38,982 nucleotides of DNA from Candidatus Poriferisocius anaerobius (GCA_028278785.1 JAPYOG010000126.1:1-38982); one strand, 5' to 3'; positions 20,777 to 30,565 are shown, counted from the first letter of the stretch. Notes: a model not told the origin generated them from the letters alone. Program-made: numbers and translations.

Positions 20777-21277
20777 ATGGGCCAGACCACATTCAAAGAC
20801 ACAACCATCAACACCAGCGGCGACCTCCCCGCGGTGGGATCAGCAGCCCCCGCGTTCACGCTCACCGGAGGCGACCTGTCGCAGGTCACGCTGGAAAGCC
20901 TGGCCGGCCGCAACGTGGTGCTCAACATCTTCCCCAGCATCGACACAGGGGTGTGCGCTACCAGCGTGCGAACCTTCAACGAGCGGGCTGCCGGCCATGA
21001 CAACACCACCGTGATCTGCGCCTCGTTGGACCTGCCCTTCGCCAGTTCCCGGTTCTGCGGCGCCGAGGGCATCGACAACGCGGTCATCGGCTCGATCTTC
21101 CGCAACCGGGAGTTCCTAGACGACTACGGAGTGGAGATGGTCGACGGCCCCCTCGCGGGCCTCACCGCCCGGGCCGTGGTGGTCATCGGACCCGACGGCA
21201 CCGTGACCCACGCCGAGCTGGTGGGCGCCATCGCCGACGAGCCGGACTACGACGCCGCCCTCGCCGCCTGCTCCTGA
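20777..21277 (+). CDS. tpx: thiol peroxidase (Tpx-type peroxiredoxin)
   Basis: 166 aa collinear with Tpx: NIFPSIDTGVCATSVRTFN (peroxidatic Cys), DLPFASSRFCGAEGI (resolving Cys) and ARAVVVIGPDG. The frame is open from 20699, but the homologous start MGQTTFKD is ATG 20777. Confidence 0.92.
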   Translation: MGQTTFKDTTINTSGDLPAVGSAAPAFTLTGGDLSQVTLESLAGRNVVLNIFPSIDTGVCATSVRTFNERAAGHDNTTVICASLDLPFASSRFCGAEGIDNAVIGSIFRNREFLDDYGVEMVDGPLAGLTARAVVVIGPDGTVTHAELVGAIADEPDYDAALAACS

Positions 21278-21293
21278 GCCTGGCTCTCGCCGG

Positions 21294-22415
21294 TCAGGAG
21301 TCGGACTGCCTCCGGACATAGCGGGCAAGCCGCTGCCCCAGGGGGTCGCGGTGAGAATGCCGAGCTGCTTCGGCTTCTTCAAGCTCCTGCACAACTTCGC
21401 CCCTTTGCAGATAAGTGGACAGGAAAGCCTGGACGGTAGCTGCGGCAGGCAGAGCCAGCACCGCACCGACAGCCCCGAGCAACAAGCTGCCTGCGATCAC
21501 CGAGCCGAATGCCACGGTCACGTGGATTTCCATGGTGTGGGCCGTCACCTTGGGCTGGAGCAGGTAGTTCTCCACCTGCTGATAGGCCACGATCGCAATC
21601 AAAATGCCCAATCCGGTGGAGGGTTTGTCCAGCAGTCCGATCAGCACCGGCAGCGCTCCGGCGATGTAGGTGCCGACCACCGGCACGAACTGCGACACCA
21701 ACCCCACCCACATGGCCATGGGCGCCGGGAACGGCGCCCCCAGCAGCCAGAACACCAGCCAATGGACCAAAAACGAGATCACCGCCAAGATCAGCCGGCT
21801 GTAGATGTAGCCCCCGGTCTTGTCGATGGCCAGATTCCAAATGCCCAGCACGAGGCGTTGGCGCTCTGGGGGCAGCAGCGAGCAGATGTTGCGCCGCAGT
21901 TTGGGGCCCTCGGCAACCAGGTAGAAGGTGAAAAGCGCGATGGTCAGAACCTGGAACAGCACTTGCATCACCGTGGCCCCCAGGCTCACCAAGTTGTCGG
22001 CCAGCCGGGTGGCCAGATTGGCAACCGCTCCCCCTTCCTGGAACTCGTCAAGCAATCCCTGGGCATCAACCTCTATGTCGAAGGCATCCTCAACCCAGTC
22101 CTCGATGTCGTTGATGTAGGCGGGAGCGTTGTCGGTGAACTCCCCAACCTGATCGGCCAAAACGGTGCCGATGGCCCATAGGAAAAACCCCAGCGCCACA
22201 AGCACGACCAGAAACATGGCTCCGGTGCCCACGCCCCGGCGAATGCCCATCCGCTCCATGCGGTTCACGGCAGGCTCAAGCGCAAACGACAAGAAGAGCG
22301 ACACCAAAACGATCACGATCAGCGTCTTGAGCTGTTCGAGCAGCCAACCCAGCACATACAGCCCGCCGAGCGCAGCCGTGCCGGCCAAAATGGCCCGAGA
22401 CAGCCATGGCGGCAT
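21294..22415 (-). CDS. AI-2E family (PerM/UPF0118) membrane transporter
   Basis: 373 aa and polytopic. Family-typical blocks are LVSQFVPVVGTYIAGALPVLIGLL and VAYQQVENYLLQPKVTAHTMEIH..LALPAAA. It converges on tpx with a 16-nt gap. Confidence 0.85.
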   Translation of the reverse strand: MPPWLSRAILAGTAALGGLYVLGWLLEQLKTLIVIVLVSLFLSFALEPAVNRMERMGIRRGVGTGAMFLVVLVALGFFLWAIGTVLADQVGEFTDNAPAYINDIEDWVEDAFDIEVDAQGLLDEFQEGGAVANLATRLADNLVSLGATVMQVLFQVLTIALFTFYLVAEGPKLRRNICSLLPPERQRLVLGIWNLAIDKTGGYIYSRLILAVISFLVHWLVFWLLGAPFPAPMAMWVGLVSQFVPVVGTYIAGALPVLIGLLDKPSTGLGILIAIVAYQQVENYLLQPKVTAHTMEIHVTVAFGSVIAGSLLLGAVGAVLALPAAATVQAFLSTYLQRGEVVQELEEAEAARHSHRDPLGQRLARYVRRQSDS

Positions 22416-22544
22416 CTTCTTGGACGAGTCGGGGCGATCAGCGGCCGGAGTGGACCTGGGATCCGTTGATCCACCCGCAGGCGCAGAATCCGATACCTCG
22501 CCGATGGTTTCACATTAACCGTCGTCTTTTGCCCAGTTGTGGAT

Positions 22545-22573
22545 TTGGCCAAGTCCGCAACAACCGCTATCGT
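22545..22573 (+). promoter_or_regulatory. candidate promoter for the rplC-led operon (TTGGCC-17 nt-TATCGT)
   Basis: -35 at 22545-22550, a 17-nt spacer and -10 (TAnnnT) at 22568-22573, in a locally AT-richer part of the 337-nt perM/rplC divergent spacer. This would leave a 5' leader of about 170 nt. Pattern match only. Confidence 0.3.
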
Positions 22574-22752
22574 TTAACAACCGTGCTGACTCCGGTCGGC
22601 GCTGTTCGTCCCAATAGACGTCCGTCTAGGCCCATTACGAGCATTCGTCCTGCTCGGGGAACCGGACGGCACAATCCAAACCCGCTCCGCCGGAAAGCCC
22701 CACTAGCTGGGTCTGAGACCGTGCGGAGCGTTCGCGTGAAAGCAGGTTCGCG

Positions 22753-23397
22753 ATGGTTGCCAAGGCGATTGTCGGCGAAAAACTAGGAATGACCCAAGTA
22801 TGGGACGAAGACGACCGCGTCGTGCCCGTGACCGTGCTGAAGGTAGAACCCTGCCGGGTCGTGCAGGTCAAACGGCCGGAAACCGACGGGTATTCCGCCC
22901 TCCAGGTCACCTATGGCACCCAGAATCCTGACCGGCTGAGCCAACCGGAGAGGGGCCACTTGGCCAAGGCCGGTGTTGCCCCAGGCCGCAAGCTGGTGGA
23001 ACTGCGGCTCGACGATGTTGGGGCCTACGAGGCCGGACAGGAGATCGGGGTCGACGTGTTCGGTGGCGGCGAGTTGGTCGACGTCACCGGAGTGAGCAAG
23101 GGCAAGGGCTTCACCGGGGTCATGAAAAGGCACAACTTCAGCGGTCAAAAAGCCAGCCACGGCGCCCACAAAGTCCACCGCAAGCCCGGCGCTATCGGCC
23201 AGTGCGCCACACCCTCGAGGGTATTCCGAGGCAAGAGGATGCCGGGGCGAGCCGGCGCGGAAAAGGTCACCACGCTGAACCTCCAGGTTGTCGGCGTGGA
23301 CAGTGAAAACGATCTGATTCTGCTGAAGGGCTCGGTTCCCGGGCGTCGCGGGTCCGCGGTGCTGATTCGCAGCGCGGTGAAGAAAGAGCCGAAATGA
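22753..23397 (+). CDS. rplC: 50S ribosomal protein L3
   Basis: 214 aa: GEKLGMTQVWDEDDRVVPVTVL..VSKGKGFTGVMKRHNFSGQKASHG. Confidence 0.97.
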   Translation: MVAKAIVGEKLGMTQVWDEDDRVVPVTVLKVEPCRVVQVKRPETDGYSALQVTYGTQNPDRLSQPERGHLAKAGVAPGRKLVELRLDDVGAYEAGQEIGVDVFGGGELVDVTGVSKGKGFTGVMKRHNFSGQKASHGAHKVHRKPGAIGQCATPSRVFRGKRMPGRAGAEKVTTLNLQVVGVDSENDLILLKGSVPGRRGSAVLIRSAVKKEPK

Positions 23398-24026
23398 CCA
23401 CCGTCACCGTTCGCACCCCTGTCGGTGAAGAGGCCGGGTCGGTGGATCTGGATTCCGAGGTGTTCGGAATCGAGCCCAACGTGGCCGTTATGCACCAAGT
23501 GGTCACAGCTCAGCTGGCTGCCCGGCGCCGCGGCACGCAAAGCACCCTCACCAAAGCCGAGGTCAAAGGGGGTGCCAGCAAGCCTTGGCGGCAGAAGGGC
23601 ACCGGGCGAGCACGCCACGGGTCGACCCGCAATCCCCAGTGGCGAGGTGGAGGGGTGGCCCTCGGCCCGAAACCTCGCAGCTATCGCCAGCGCACCCCCA
23701 AGAAAATGGTCCGGTTGGCCCTTCAGTCGGCTTTGTCGGACCGGGCTCGAGATCACAAGGTGGTGGTGGTGGACCGCTGGCGTTTCGACTCGCCCCGCAC
23801 CAAGGAGGCGATGGCCGCCCTTGAAGCCCTAGGGCTAGATGGCCGGGTGCTGCTGGTGGCCGAGCGCGACCAGCAAGAGGTGTGGAAGAGCTTCCGCAAC
23901 CTTCCCCAAGTCCATCTGGTGAGCCCCGGAGAACTGAACGCCTACGACGTGCTGGTGTCTGACACAGTGGTTTTCACCCTGGAAACGCTGCCCGCATCCT
24001 CACCGGGCAAAGAGGCCGGAGCATGA
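23394..24026 (+). CDS. rplD: 50S ribosomal protein L4
   Basis: 210 aa with [35 protein letters not shown] overlap with rplC. Confidence 0.97.
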   Translation: MTTVTVRTPVGEEAGSVDLDSEVFGIEPNVAVMHQVVTAQLAARRRGTQSTLTKAEVKGGASKPWRQKGTGRARHGSTRNPQWRGGGVALGPKPRSYRQRTPKKMVRLALQSALSDRARDHKVVVVDRWRFDSPRTKEAMAALEALGLDGRVLLVAERDQQEVWKSFRNLPQVHLVSPGELNAYDVLVSDTVVFTLETLPASSPGKEAGA

Positions 24027-24313
24027 AAGACCCCCGCAATGTGGTGCTCGCCCCAGTGGTTTCCGAGAAATCCTATGAGCTGCTGGAGTCCAACGTGTAC
24101 ACCTTCAGGGTTCACCCGGACGCCGCCAAACCCGAGATCAAAGACGCGGTGGAGTCGTTGTTCAACGTCACTGTGCTCAAGGTCAACACCATGAACCGCA
24201 AGGGAAAACGCCGCCGCAACCGGCGCCGCCCCACCTTCGGCCAGCGCCCCGACATCAAGCGGGCTTTGGTCACTCTGGCTGAAGGTGACCGAATCGAGTT
24301 GTTCGACATCTAG
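24023..24313 (+). CDS. rplW: 50S ribosomal protein L23
   Basis: 96 aa: [48 protein letters not shown] overlap with rplD. Confidence 0.96.
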   Translation: MKDPRNVVLAPVVSEKSYELLESNVYTFRVHPDAAKPEIKDAVESLFNVTVLKVNTMNRKGKRRRNRRRPTFGQRPDIKRALVTLAEGDRIELFDI

Positions 24314-24329
24314 GGCACTGGGACACACG

Positions 24330-25166
24330 ATGGCAGTACGCAGACGAAACCCGACCAGCCCAGGCCGACGCTTCCAGACGGTATCGGACTTCTCCGGTAT
24401 TACCACGTCGCGGCCAGAGCGGTCGCTGGTGGGCAAAAAGCCCGGAACCGGTGGGCGCAACAACTACGGCCGCAAGACTGCCCGCCATCGGGGTGGGGGC
24501 CACAAGCAGCGATATCGAATCGTCGATTTCAAGCGGACCAAAGACGGAGTCCCGGCCACGGTGGCATCGGTCGAATACGACCCCAACCGAAACTGCCGCA
24601 TTCTGCTGCTGCACTTCCACGACGGCGAGAAGCGCTACGTTTTGGCCCCTGAGGGGGTGGGCGTGGGCGATGTTCTGCAAAACGGTCCCGGCGCAGAGAT
24701 CAGGCCGGGAAACGCCCTGCCCCTGCGCTACATCCCGGTGGGAACCACGGTACACGCGATAGAGCTCAAGCCAGGCGGCGGCGCCCGCATGGCCCGCTCA
24801 GCCGGGGCCAGCGCTCAACTCGTGGCCAAAGAGGGGAGCTTTGCCACCTTGCGGCTGCCCAGCACAGAGATGCGCCGCGTGCCCATCGACTGCCGGGCCA
24901 CGGTGGGATTGGTTGGCAATGCCGAAGCCGAGCTCGTCAAACTGGGCAAGGCGGGCCGAGCCCGGTGGAAGGGCGTGCGACCGCAAACCCGGGGTGTTGC
25001 CATGAACCCAGTCGACCACCCGCTGGGTGGCGGAGAGGGCAAGTCATCCGGTGGACGCCATCCGGTGTCGCCGTGGGGCAAACCCGAGGGGCGCACCCGC
25101 AACAAGAAGAAGAAGTCACAGCAAATGATTGTCCGGCGGCGCCGCACACGCGGCGGACGCCGCTAG
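24330..25166 (+). CDS. rplB: 50S ribosomal protein L2
   Basis: The homologous start [16 protein letters not shown] is at ATG 24330 (frame open from 24285). 278 aa with [13 protein letters not shown] and [13 protein letters not shown]. Confidence 0.97.
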   Translation: MAVRRRNPTSPGRRFQTVSDFSGITTSRPERSLVGKKPGTGGRNNYGRKTARHRGGGHKQRYRIVDFKRTKDGVPATVASVEYDPNRNCRILLLHFHDGEKRYVLAPEGVGVGDVLQNGPGAEIRPGNALPLRYIPVGTTVHAIELKPGGGARMARSAGASAQLVAKEGSFATLRLPSTEMRRVPIDCRATVGLVGNAEAELVKLGKAGRARWKGVRPQTRGVAMNPVDHPLGGGEGKSSGGRHPVSPWGKPEGRTRNKKKKSQQMIVRRRRTRGGRR

Positions 25167-25191
25167 GGAAAGGCCGAGAGGAGCGACCGCC

Positions 25192-25470
25192 ATGCCCAGG
25201 AGTTTGAAGAAGGGTCCATTCGTCGACGGCCACCTGCTCCGCAAGGTAGACGCGCTGAACGACCAGAACACCAAGCAGGTCATCCGAACATGGTCCCGCC
25301 GCTCTACCATCATCCCCGACATGGTGGGCCACACCATCGCCGTCCACGACGGGCGCAAGCACGTGCCGGTGTACATCACCGAATCGATGGTGGGCCACAA
25401 ACTGGGCGAGTTCGCCCCCACACGCACATTCCGGGCCCACGCCGGCCAGGAGCGGGGAGCCCGTCGCTGA
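25192..25470 (+). CDS. rpsS: 30S ribosomal protein S19
   Basis: [38 protein letters not shown], 92 aa. ATG 25192 lies within a longer open frame. Confidence 0.97.
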   Translation: MPRSLKKGPFVDGHLLRKVDALNDQNTKQVIRTWSRRSTIIPDMVGHTIAVHDGRKHVPVYITESMVGHKLGEFAPTRTFRAHAGQERGARR

Positions 25471-26186
25471 TGGCTGTCGTCGCCGTGGGGAGCGAAACCC
25501 GCCAGGGCAGCCGGGCCGTGGCCAAGTACGTGCGCTCCTCTGCCTTCAAGGCCCGCGAGGTGCTCGACCTGGTGCGGGGCAAGTCGTACACCGAGGCCCG
25601 CGAGATATTGACCTTCTCCGAACGGCGCATCTCAGACACGATCGCCAAGTGCCTCGACTCTGCGGTGGCGAACGCCGAGCACAACGACGAGCTTGACGGC
25701 GACGAGTTGTTCGTGGCCGCTTGCTACGCCGACGAGGGGCCCACGCTCAATCGCTGGCGGCCCCGAGCACGGGGGCGGGCCACCAGGATCCGCAAGCGGA
25801 CCTGCCACATCACCATGGTGGTGGCCCGCTATACCGACGAGGAGTTGGCCGCCATCGACGCCCGCATGGCCCTCAAAGGCACCGGTCGTCGCCGCTCAGC
25901 CGCTGAGGCCCGGCGCCAGAGGGTGGCCGCCAGCCGTCAGCGCGACGCCGAGCAAGCTGAAGAGCACAACCACGACGACGATGAAATCGAGGCATCCGAC
26001 ACCGACGCCGAAGAGATCCCCGACGACGACACCACCGACACCACCGACACCACCGACACCACCGACGACACCGACACCACCGACGACACCGACACCGACG
26101 AGAACCCCGACGACGACACCACCGACGACACCGACCACGAAGAGAACCCCACCGACGACGCCGACACCGACGAGAAGGAATCCTGA
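25470..26186 (+). CDS. rplV: 50S ribosomal protein L22 with a 118-aa C-terminal extension (basic linker plus hyper-acidic Asp/Thr/Glu tail)
   Basis: The L22 core is aa 1-120 ([40 protein letters not shown]). The start ATG overlaps the rpsS TGA (TGATG). The tail at aa 159-238 is dominated by D, T and E. Confidence 0.93.
   Translation: MAVVAVGSETRQGSRAVAKYVRSSAFKAREVLDLVRGKSYTEAREILTFSERRISDTIAKCLDSAVANAEHNDELDGDELFVAACYADEGPTLNRWRPRARGRATRIRKRTCHITMVVARYTDEELAAIDARMALKGTGRRRSAAEARRQRVAASRQRDAEQAEEHNHDDDEIEASDTDAEEIPDDDTTDTTDTTDTTDDTDTTDDTDTDENPDDDTTDDTDHEENPTDDADTDEKES
26028..26099 (+). repeat. In-frame 9-nt microsatellite (GACACCACC and variants, 8 units) encoding (DTT)n/(DDT)n in the L22 tail
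   Basis: GACACCACC occurs four times in perfect tandem at 26028-26063. It is followed by GACGACACC, GACACCACC, GACGACACC and GACACCGAC. Confidence 0.9.
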
Positions 26187-27091
26187 TGGGCCAGAAGATC
26201 AATCCTTATGGATTCCGACTGGGGGTGACCACCGACTGGAAGTCGCGCTGGTTCGCCAACCGCCGGGAGTACGGCGACTTCATCATCGAGGACTGGAAGG
26301 TGCGCGACTACCTGATGACGGAATTGCCCCACGCCGCCATCAGCCGCATCGAGATCGAGCGCACCCGCGACCGGCTGCGGGTAGACGTCCACACCGCTCG
26401 ACCTGGAATAGTCATCGGGCGTCGGGGCAGCGAAGCCGACCGCCTGCGCAACGGCCTGGCCAAGATCACCGGCAACAACCGTGTGCAGCTGAACATCCAG
26501 GAGATCAAGCAGCCGGAATTGGATGCCGCCCTCATCTCCCAAGGCGTTGCCGACCAGCTCGCCAACCGGGTGGCGTTTCGCCGTGCCATGAAGCGGGCGG
26601 TGCAAAACGCCCAGAAAGCCGGCGCTCTGGGTATCCGCGTGCAGTGCTCGGGCCGGTTGGGCGGGTCGGAAATGGCCCGCACCGAGTGGTACCGAGAAGG
26701 CAGGGTGCCCCTGCACACGCTTCGCGCCGACATCGACTACGGCTTCAGGGAGGCCCACACCACCTATGGCCGCATCGGGGTGAAGGTGTGGATCTACAAA
26801 GGCGACATCCTCCCCTACAAGACCCAGGCCGAGGACAAGATCAGCCGAGAGGCGGCCATGGCGGTGGGCGAAGCCTCGGGCGGCCAGAAGACACCCCGGC
26901 CCGTGGTGTCTTCAGCGGCTGCCCGCCGACAAGGCGACGGCGACCGCCCTGATGAGCCGGATGAACCCGCGCCCCTGATCAGAGAAGCCGATCCAGAGTT
27001 TGAAAAGCTGCTCGAGGAAGAAGAAGACATTCTCCGCACTACCCGCGAGCACCGCGAGACCCCGCATTTCCGGCCGGGCGACGCCGACTGA
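26186..27091 (+). CDS. rpsC: 30S ribosomal protein S3 (with a roughly 90-aa C-terminal extension)
   Basis: [24 protein letters not shown].., a KH domain and [31 protein letters not shown]. 301 aa. TGATG overlap with rplV. Confidence 0.96.
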   Translation: MGQKINPYGFRLGVTTDWKSRWFANRREYGDFIIEDWKVRDYLMTELPHAAISRIEIERTRDRLRVDVHTARPGIVIGRRGSEADRLRNGLAKITGNNRVQLNIQEIKQPELDAALISQGVADQLANRVAFRRAMKRAVQNAQKAGALGIRVQCSGRLGGSEMARTEWYREGRVPLHTLRADIDYGFREAHTTYGRIGVKVWIYKGDILPYKTQAEDKISREAAMAVGEASGGQKTPRPVVSSAAARRQGDGDRPDEPDEPAPLIREADPEFEKLLEEEEDILRTTREHRETPHFRPGDAD

Positions 27092-27143
27092 CGGCAATGG
27101 CGACGCAAGCAACCACCGATCACTCCAAAGGCCAGGACCAGCC

Positions 27144-27557
27144 ATGTTGATGCCCAAAAAAGTCAAGCACCGCAAACACCACCGAGGCCGGACCAGGGGA
27201 ATGGCCAAGGGCGGCAGCAACGTGACCTTCGGCGAGTACGGCATCAAGGCCCTCGAGCCGGGATGGATCACCGCCCGCCAGATCGAGGCCACCCGTATTG
27301 CCATCACGCGGCACATACGCCGGGGCGGCAAAGTCTGGATCAACGTCTTCCCCGACAAGCCGGTCACCGAAAAGCCAGCGGAAACGCGAATGGGGTCGGG
27401 CAAAGGCAACCCTGAGCGGTGGGTGGCCGTGGTGCGGCCGGGCCGAATCCTGTTCGAGTTGTCCTACCACGATCGCGAGGTGGCCCGCACCGCCATAGAG
27501 CGGGGAATCCAGAAGCTGCCCATCAAAGCTCGTTTCGTCGAGCGCCAGGAGGGCTGA
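27144..27557 (+). CDS. rplP: 50S ribosomal protein L16
   Basis: [19 protein letters not shown] at ATG 27144 (frame open from 27000). 137 aa with [19 protein letters not shown]. Confidence 0.96.
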   Translation: MLMPKKVKHRKHHRGRTRGMAKGGSNVTFGEYGIKALEPGWITARQIEATRIAITRHIRRGGKVWINVFPDKPVTEKPAETRMGSGKGNPERWVAVVRPGRILFELSYHDREVARTAIERGIQKLPIKARFVERQEG

Positions 27558-27562
27558 TAACC

Positions 27563-27811
27563 GTGGCCCGCAAAACCGGATGGCAAAACCTGAGCGACGC
27601 CGATCTCTTGGAGCGCCTAGACGAAGCCAAAGAAGAGGTGTTCAAGCTTCGCTTCCAGATAGTCACCGGCCGCTTGGACAACACCGCCCGCCTGAAGCAG
27701 GCAAAAAAAGAAGTGGCCCGGGCCATGACGGAATTGCGGACAAGGGAGATCCGAGCTGCGGAGGCGCTGGACGCCGACACAGGCCAGATGCAGGAGGCCG
27801 GCAATGGCTGA
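27563..27811 (+). CDS. rpmC: 50S ribosomal protein L29
   Basis: GTG 27563 lies 9 nt after AGGAGGG and just past the rplP stop. LLERLDEAKEEVFKLRFQIVTGRLDNTARLKQAKKEVAR is typical of L29. Confidence 0.9.
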   Translation: MARKTGWQNLSDADLLERLDEAKEEVFKLRFQIVTGRLDNTARLKQAKKEVARAMTELRTREIRAAEALDADTGQMQEAGNG

Positions 27812-28127
27812 CCCCACCACCGAACCCCAGGAGGCCGCAATGGCTGAGCACGCAGGCAAGGCGCAAACCCCAACTCGGCCCAACAGCCGCAAAATTCGAG
27901 AGGGCTTGGTGTCATCGGTGTCCATGGACAAGACCGCGATAGTGGTATCCACCGACCGCGTTCGCCACCCTCGATACAACAAGACCGTGCAGCGCACCAC
28001 CCGGCTGTATGTCCACGATGAGTCCAACCAGCTCGCAGTGGGCGACAGGGTGAAGGTGCAGGAAACCCGGCCCCTGTCCAAGACCAAGCGGTGGCGGCTG
28101 CTGGAGATCGTGGAGCGTGCCCGATGA
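27804..28127 (+). CDS. rpsQ: 30S ribosomal protein S17
   Basis: [51 protein letters not shown]. There are two in-frame candidate starts, each behind AGGAGG: 27804 (107 aa, overlaps rpmC) and 27840 (95 aa). Confidence 0.93.
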   Translation: MADPTTEPQEAAMAEHAGKAQTPTRPNSRKIREGLVSSVSMDKTAIVVSTDRVRHPRYNKTVQRTTRLYVHDESNQLAVGDRVKVQETRPLSKTKRWRLLEIVERAR

Positions 28128-28492
28128 TCCAACAGGAGACAAGGGTCAAGGTGGCCGACAACTCCGGCGCCAAAGAGGTGCTGTGCATCCGGGTGATGGG
28201 GTCGTCCCGGAAGCGCTACGCCACCATCGGCGACGTGTTCGTGGCCACTGTGAAAGACGCCATGCCGGGAGCGGCAGTCCGAAAGGGTGACGTGGTGCAA
28301 TGCGTATTGGTGCGGACGAAAAAAGAGAAGCGCCGCAAAGACGGCTCCTACATCCGATTCGACGAGAACGCCGCTGTGCTCATCAACGACCAGCGGCAGC
28401 CCCGGGGAACCCGTATTTTCGGCCCCGTGGGCCGAGAGCTGCGAGACAAGCGGTTCATGCGCATCGTGTCGCTCGCACCGGAGGTTCTCTAA
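28124..28492 (+). CDS. rplN: 50S ribosomal protein L14
   Basis: [24 protein letters not shown].., 122 aa. ATGA overlap with rpsQ. Confidence 0.97.
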   Translation: MIQQETRVKVADNSGAKEVLCIRVMGSSRKRYATIGDVFVATVKDAMPGAAVRKGDVVQCVLVRTKKEKRRKDGSYIRFDENAAVLINDQRQPRGTRIFGPVGRELRDKRFMRIVSLAPEVL

Positions 28493-28496
28493 CGCC

Positions 28497-28805
28497 ATGA
28501 AGATCCGCAAGGGAGACCGGGTTCAGGTGCTCAGTGGGAAGGACCGGGGCAAAGAGGGCGAGGTGATCTCCGCCTTCCCAGCCCACCGAACCGTGATCGT
28601 CGACGGTGTGAACATCGCCAAGAAGCACCAAGGCCCCCGTCAGGGGGTCATGCAGACCGGGATCATCGACAAGGAGATGCCCATCAAGGCATCCAACGTG
28701 GCCGTGATCAGCCCGGCCGACGGCAAGCCCACCAGAGTGGGGTACCGCTTCGACACCAGCGGTCAGAAGATTCGCGTGTGCCGCCGCACAGGAGTCGACT
28801 TGTGA
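28497..28805 (+). CDS. rplX: 50S ribosomal protein L24
   Basis: [23 protein letters not shown] (KOW motif), 102 aa. Confidence 0.96.
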   Translation: MKIRKGDRVQVLSGKDRGKEGEVISAFPAHRTVIVDGVNIAKKHQGPRQGVMQTGIIDKEMPIKASNVAVISPADGKPTRVGYRFDTSGQKIRVCRRTGVDL

Positions 28806-29371
28806 TGGCCGCCACCGCTACCGCCCCCCGGCTGCAAGTCCTGTACCGCGAAGAAGTCCGCCAGCAGCTCAAAGAGCAGTTGGGGCTGCACAACGTTATG
28901 CAGGTGCCCCGCTTCGAGAAGATCGTCCTGAACATGGGGGTTGGGGAAGCGGTGACCCAAGCCAAGCTGCTCGACGGTGCGGTGGCCGACCTGACCACTA
29001 TCGCCGGCCAGCGCCCGGTGATCACGCGGGCCAAGAAGTCCATCGCCAACTTCAAGATCCGCGAGGGGAACCCCATAGGCGTCAAGGTGACCCTCAGAGG
29101 GGTCCGGATGTGGGAGTTTCTCGACCGGCTCATCAACCTGGCCATTCCCCGCATCCGTGACTTCCGGGGCCTTTCGCCCCGGTCGTTCGACGGCAGCGGA
29201 AACTATTCGTTCGGGGTAACCGAGCAGCTCATATTCCCTGAAGTCGACTACGACTCCATCGATGCCATCAGGGGTATGGACATCACGATCGTCACCACAG
29301 CAACCACCGACGAGGACGGCAGAGCGCTGCTCCAAGCCTTCTCGTTTCCATTCCGACCCGAGGGGCAGTAG
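28805..29371 (+). CDS. rplE: 50S ribosomal protein L5
   Basis: [42 protein letters not shown].., 188 aa. TGATG overlap with rplX. Confidence 0.97.
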   Translation: MAATATAPRLQVLYREEVRQQLKEQLGLHNVMQVPRFEKIVLNMGVGEAVTQAKLLDGAVADLTTIAGQRPVITRAKKSIANFKIREGNPIGVKVTLRGVRMWEFLDRLINLAIPRIRDFRGLSPRSFDGSGNYSFGVTEQLIFPEVDYDSIDAIRGMDITIVTTATTDEDGRALLQAFSFPFRPEGQ

Positions 29372-29374
29372 CTC

Positions 29375-29560
29375 ATGGCAAAAAAGGCGCTTATCCAAAA
29401 GCAACAGCGAACGCCTAAGTTCAAGGTGCGGGGCTACACCCGCTGTCGGCGCTGCGGCCGGCCTCGGGCCGTGTACCGCAAGTTCGGCCTCTGCCGAGTG
29501 TGCTTGAGGGATCTCGCCCATGCCGGCGAGATCCCCGGCCTCACCAAGGCGAGTTGGTGA
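29375..29560 (+). CDS. rpsN: 30S ribosomal protein S14, short zinc-binding type Z
   Basis: 61 aa with [20 protein letters not shown] (CxxC..CxxC). Confidence 0.96.
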   Translation: MAKKALIQKQQRTPKFKVRGYTRCRRCGRPRAVYRKFGLCRVCLRDLAHAGEIPGLTKASW

Positions 29561-29610
29561 GGTGGCAGAAACGATGTTTTACCCCAAAGAGCTGGTGAGG
29601 TGATGCTGCT

Positions 29611-30015
29611 GTGACCATGACCGATCCCATTGCCGACATGTTGACCCGTATCCGCAACGCCAATACCGCAATGCGCGACGAGGTGAGGATGCCCTCCTCC
29701 AAGATGAAGGTGGCCCTGGCCGGGGTCTTGAAGCAGGAGGGCTACATCAGCAATTTCGTGGTGGCCGAGGACGGCTCGGGTCCAGGGCAAACCCTTACCA
29801 TCGACATGAAGTACTCCGACCAGCGGGAGCGGGTCATCTCCGGCATCACCCGAGTGTCCAAGCCCGGGCTGCGGGTGTACTCGAAATCCGAGCACATACC
29901 CCGCGTGCTGGGCGGGCTCGGAGTTGCCATCGTTTCAACCAGCAAGGGCTTGATGAGCGACCGCGAGGCACGACGACGCCGCATGGGCGGCGAGGTCGTC
30001 TGCGTGGTCTGGTAG
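29611..30015 (+). CDS. rpsH: 30S ribosomal protein S8
   Basis: [20 protein letters not shown]... GTG 29611 is taken as the start; ATG 29617 is the alternative. Confidence 0.96.
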   Translation: MTMTDPIADMLTRIRNANTAMRDEVRMPSSKMKVALAGVLKQEGYISNFVVAEDGSGPGQTLTIDMKYSDQRERVISGITRVSKPGLRVYSKSEHIPRVLGGLGVAIVSTSKGLMSDREARRRRMGGEVVCVVW

Positions 30016-30025
30016 GAGGCCGGCG

Positions 30026-30565
30026 GTGTCACGAGTAGGGAAGAATCCGATCTTGCTGCCCGACGGCGTGGATGTGAGGATCGACAACGCCCGCGTCACC
30101 GTGACCGGAAGCCGCGGCACGCTTGAGCACGAGCTCCCCGAGGTCATCTCAGCCCGAATCGCCGATGGCGCCGTCGTGGTTGAGCGGGCCGACGAGCAGC
30201 GCAACACCAAGGCGCTTCACGGGCTGAGCCGCTCTCTGCTGTCCAACATGGTCACCGGGGTGAGCGAGGGCTACCGCAAGGAACTGGAGATTGTGGGAGT
30301 CGGCTACCGGGCTGTCGCCCAGGGCCCCGGCAAGATCGAGTTGCAGCTCGGGTTCAGCCATCCTGTGCATGTTGAGGCGCCTGACGGCGTCACGTTCGAG
30401 GTGCCCAACCAGACCAGCATCCATGTGCTGGGAATCGACAAACAAGCAGTGGGCCAAGTGGCTGCCGACATCCGGTCTATCCGAAAGCCCGAGCCTTACC
30501 GGGGCAAGGGCATCCGATACGCCGGCGAGCGGGTTGTCCGCAAGGCCGGCAAAGCCGCCAAGTAG
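30026..30565 (+). CDS. rplF: 50S ribosomal protein L6
   Basis: [17 protein letters not shown].., with [20 protein letters not shown] start 6 nt after TAGGAGG. Confidence 0.96.
   Translation: MSRVGKNPILLPDGVDVRIDNARVTVTGSRGTLEHELPEVISARIADGAVVVERADEQRNTKALHGLSRSLLSNMVTGVSEGYRKELEIVGVGYRAVAQGPGKIELQLGFSHPVHVEAPDGVTFEVPNQTSIHVLGIDKQAVGQVAADIRSIRKPEPYRGKGIRYAGERVVRKAGKAAK

Noticed and set aside
25693-26952. 419-aa Pro/Thr/Arg-rich ORF spanning the rplV tail and rpsC in another frame, plus mirror ORFs 25873..26202- and 25896..26138-.
   Set aside because: This is a frame-shifted reading of the GAC/ACC repeat and of rpsC. It has no independent start context or motifs, and the L22 and S3 frames are clearly the real ones.
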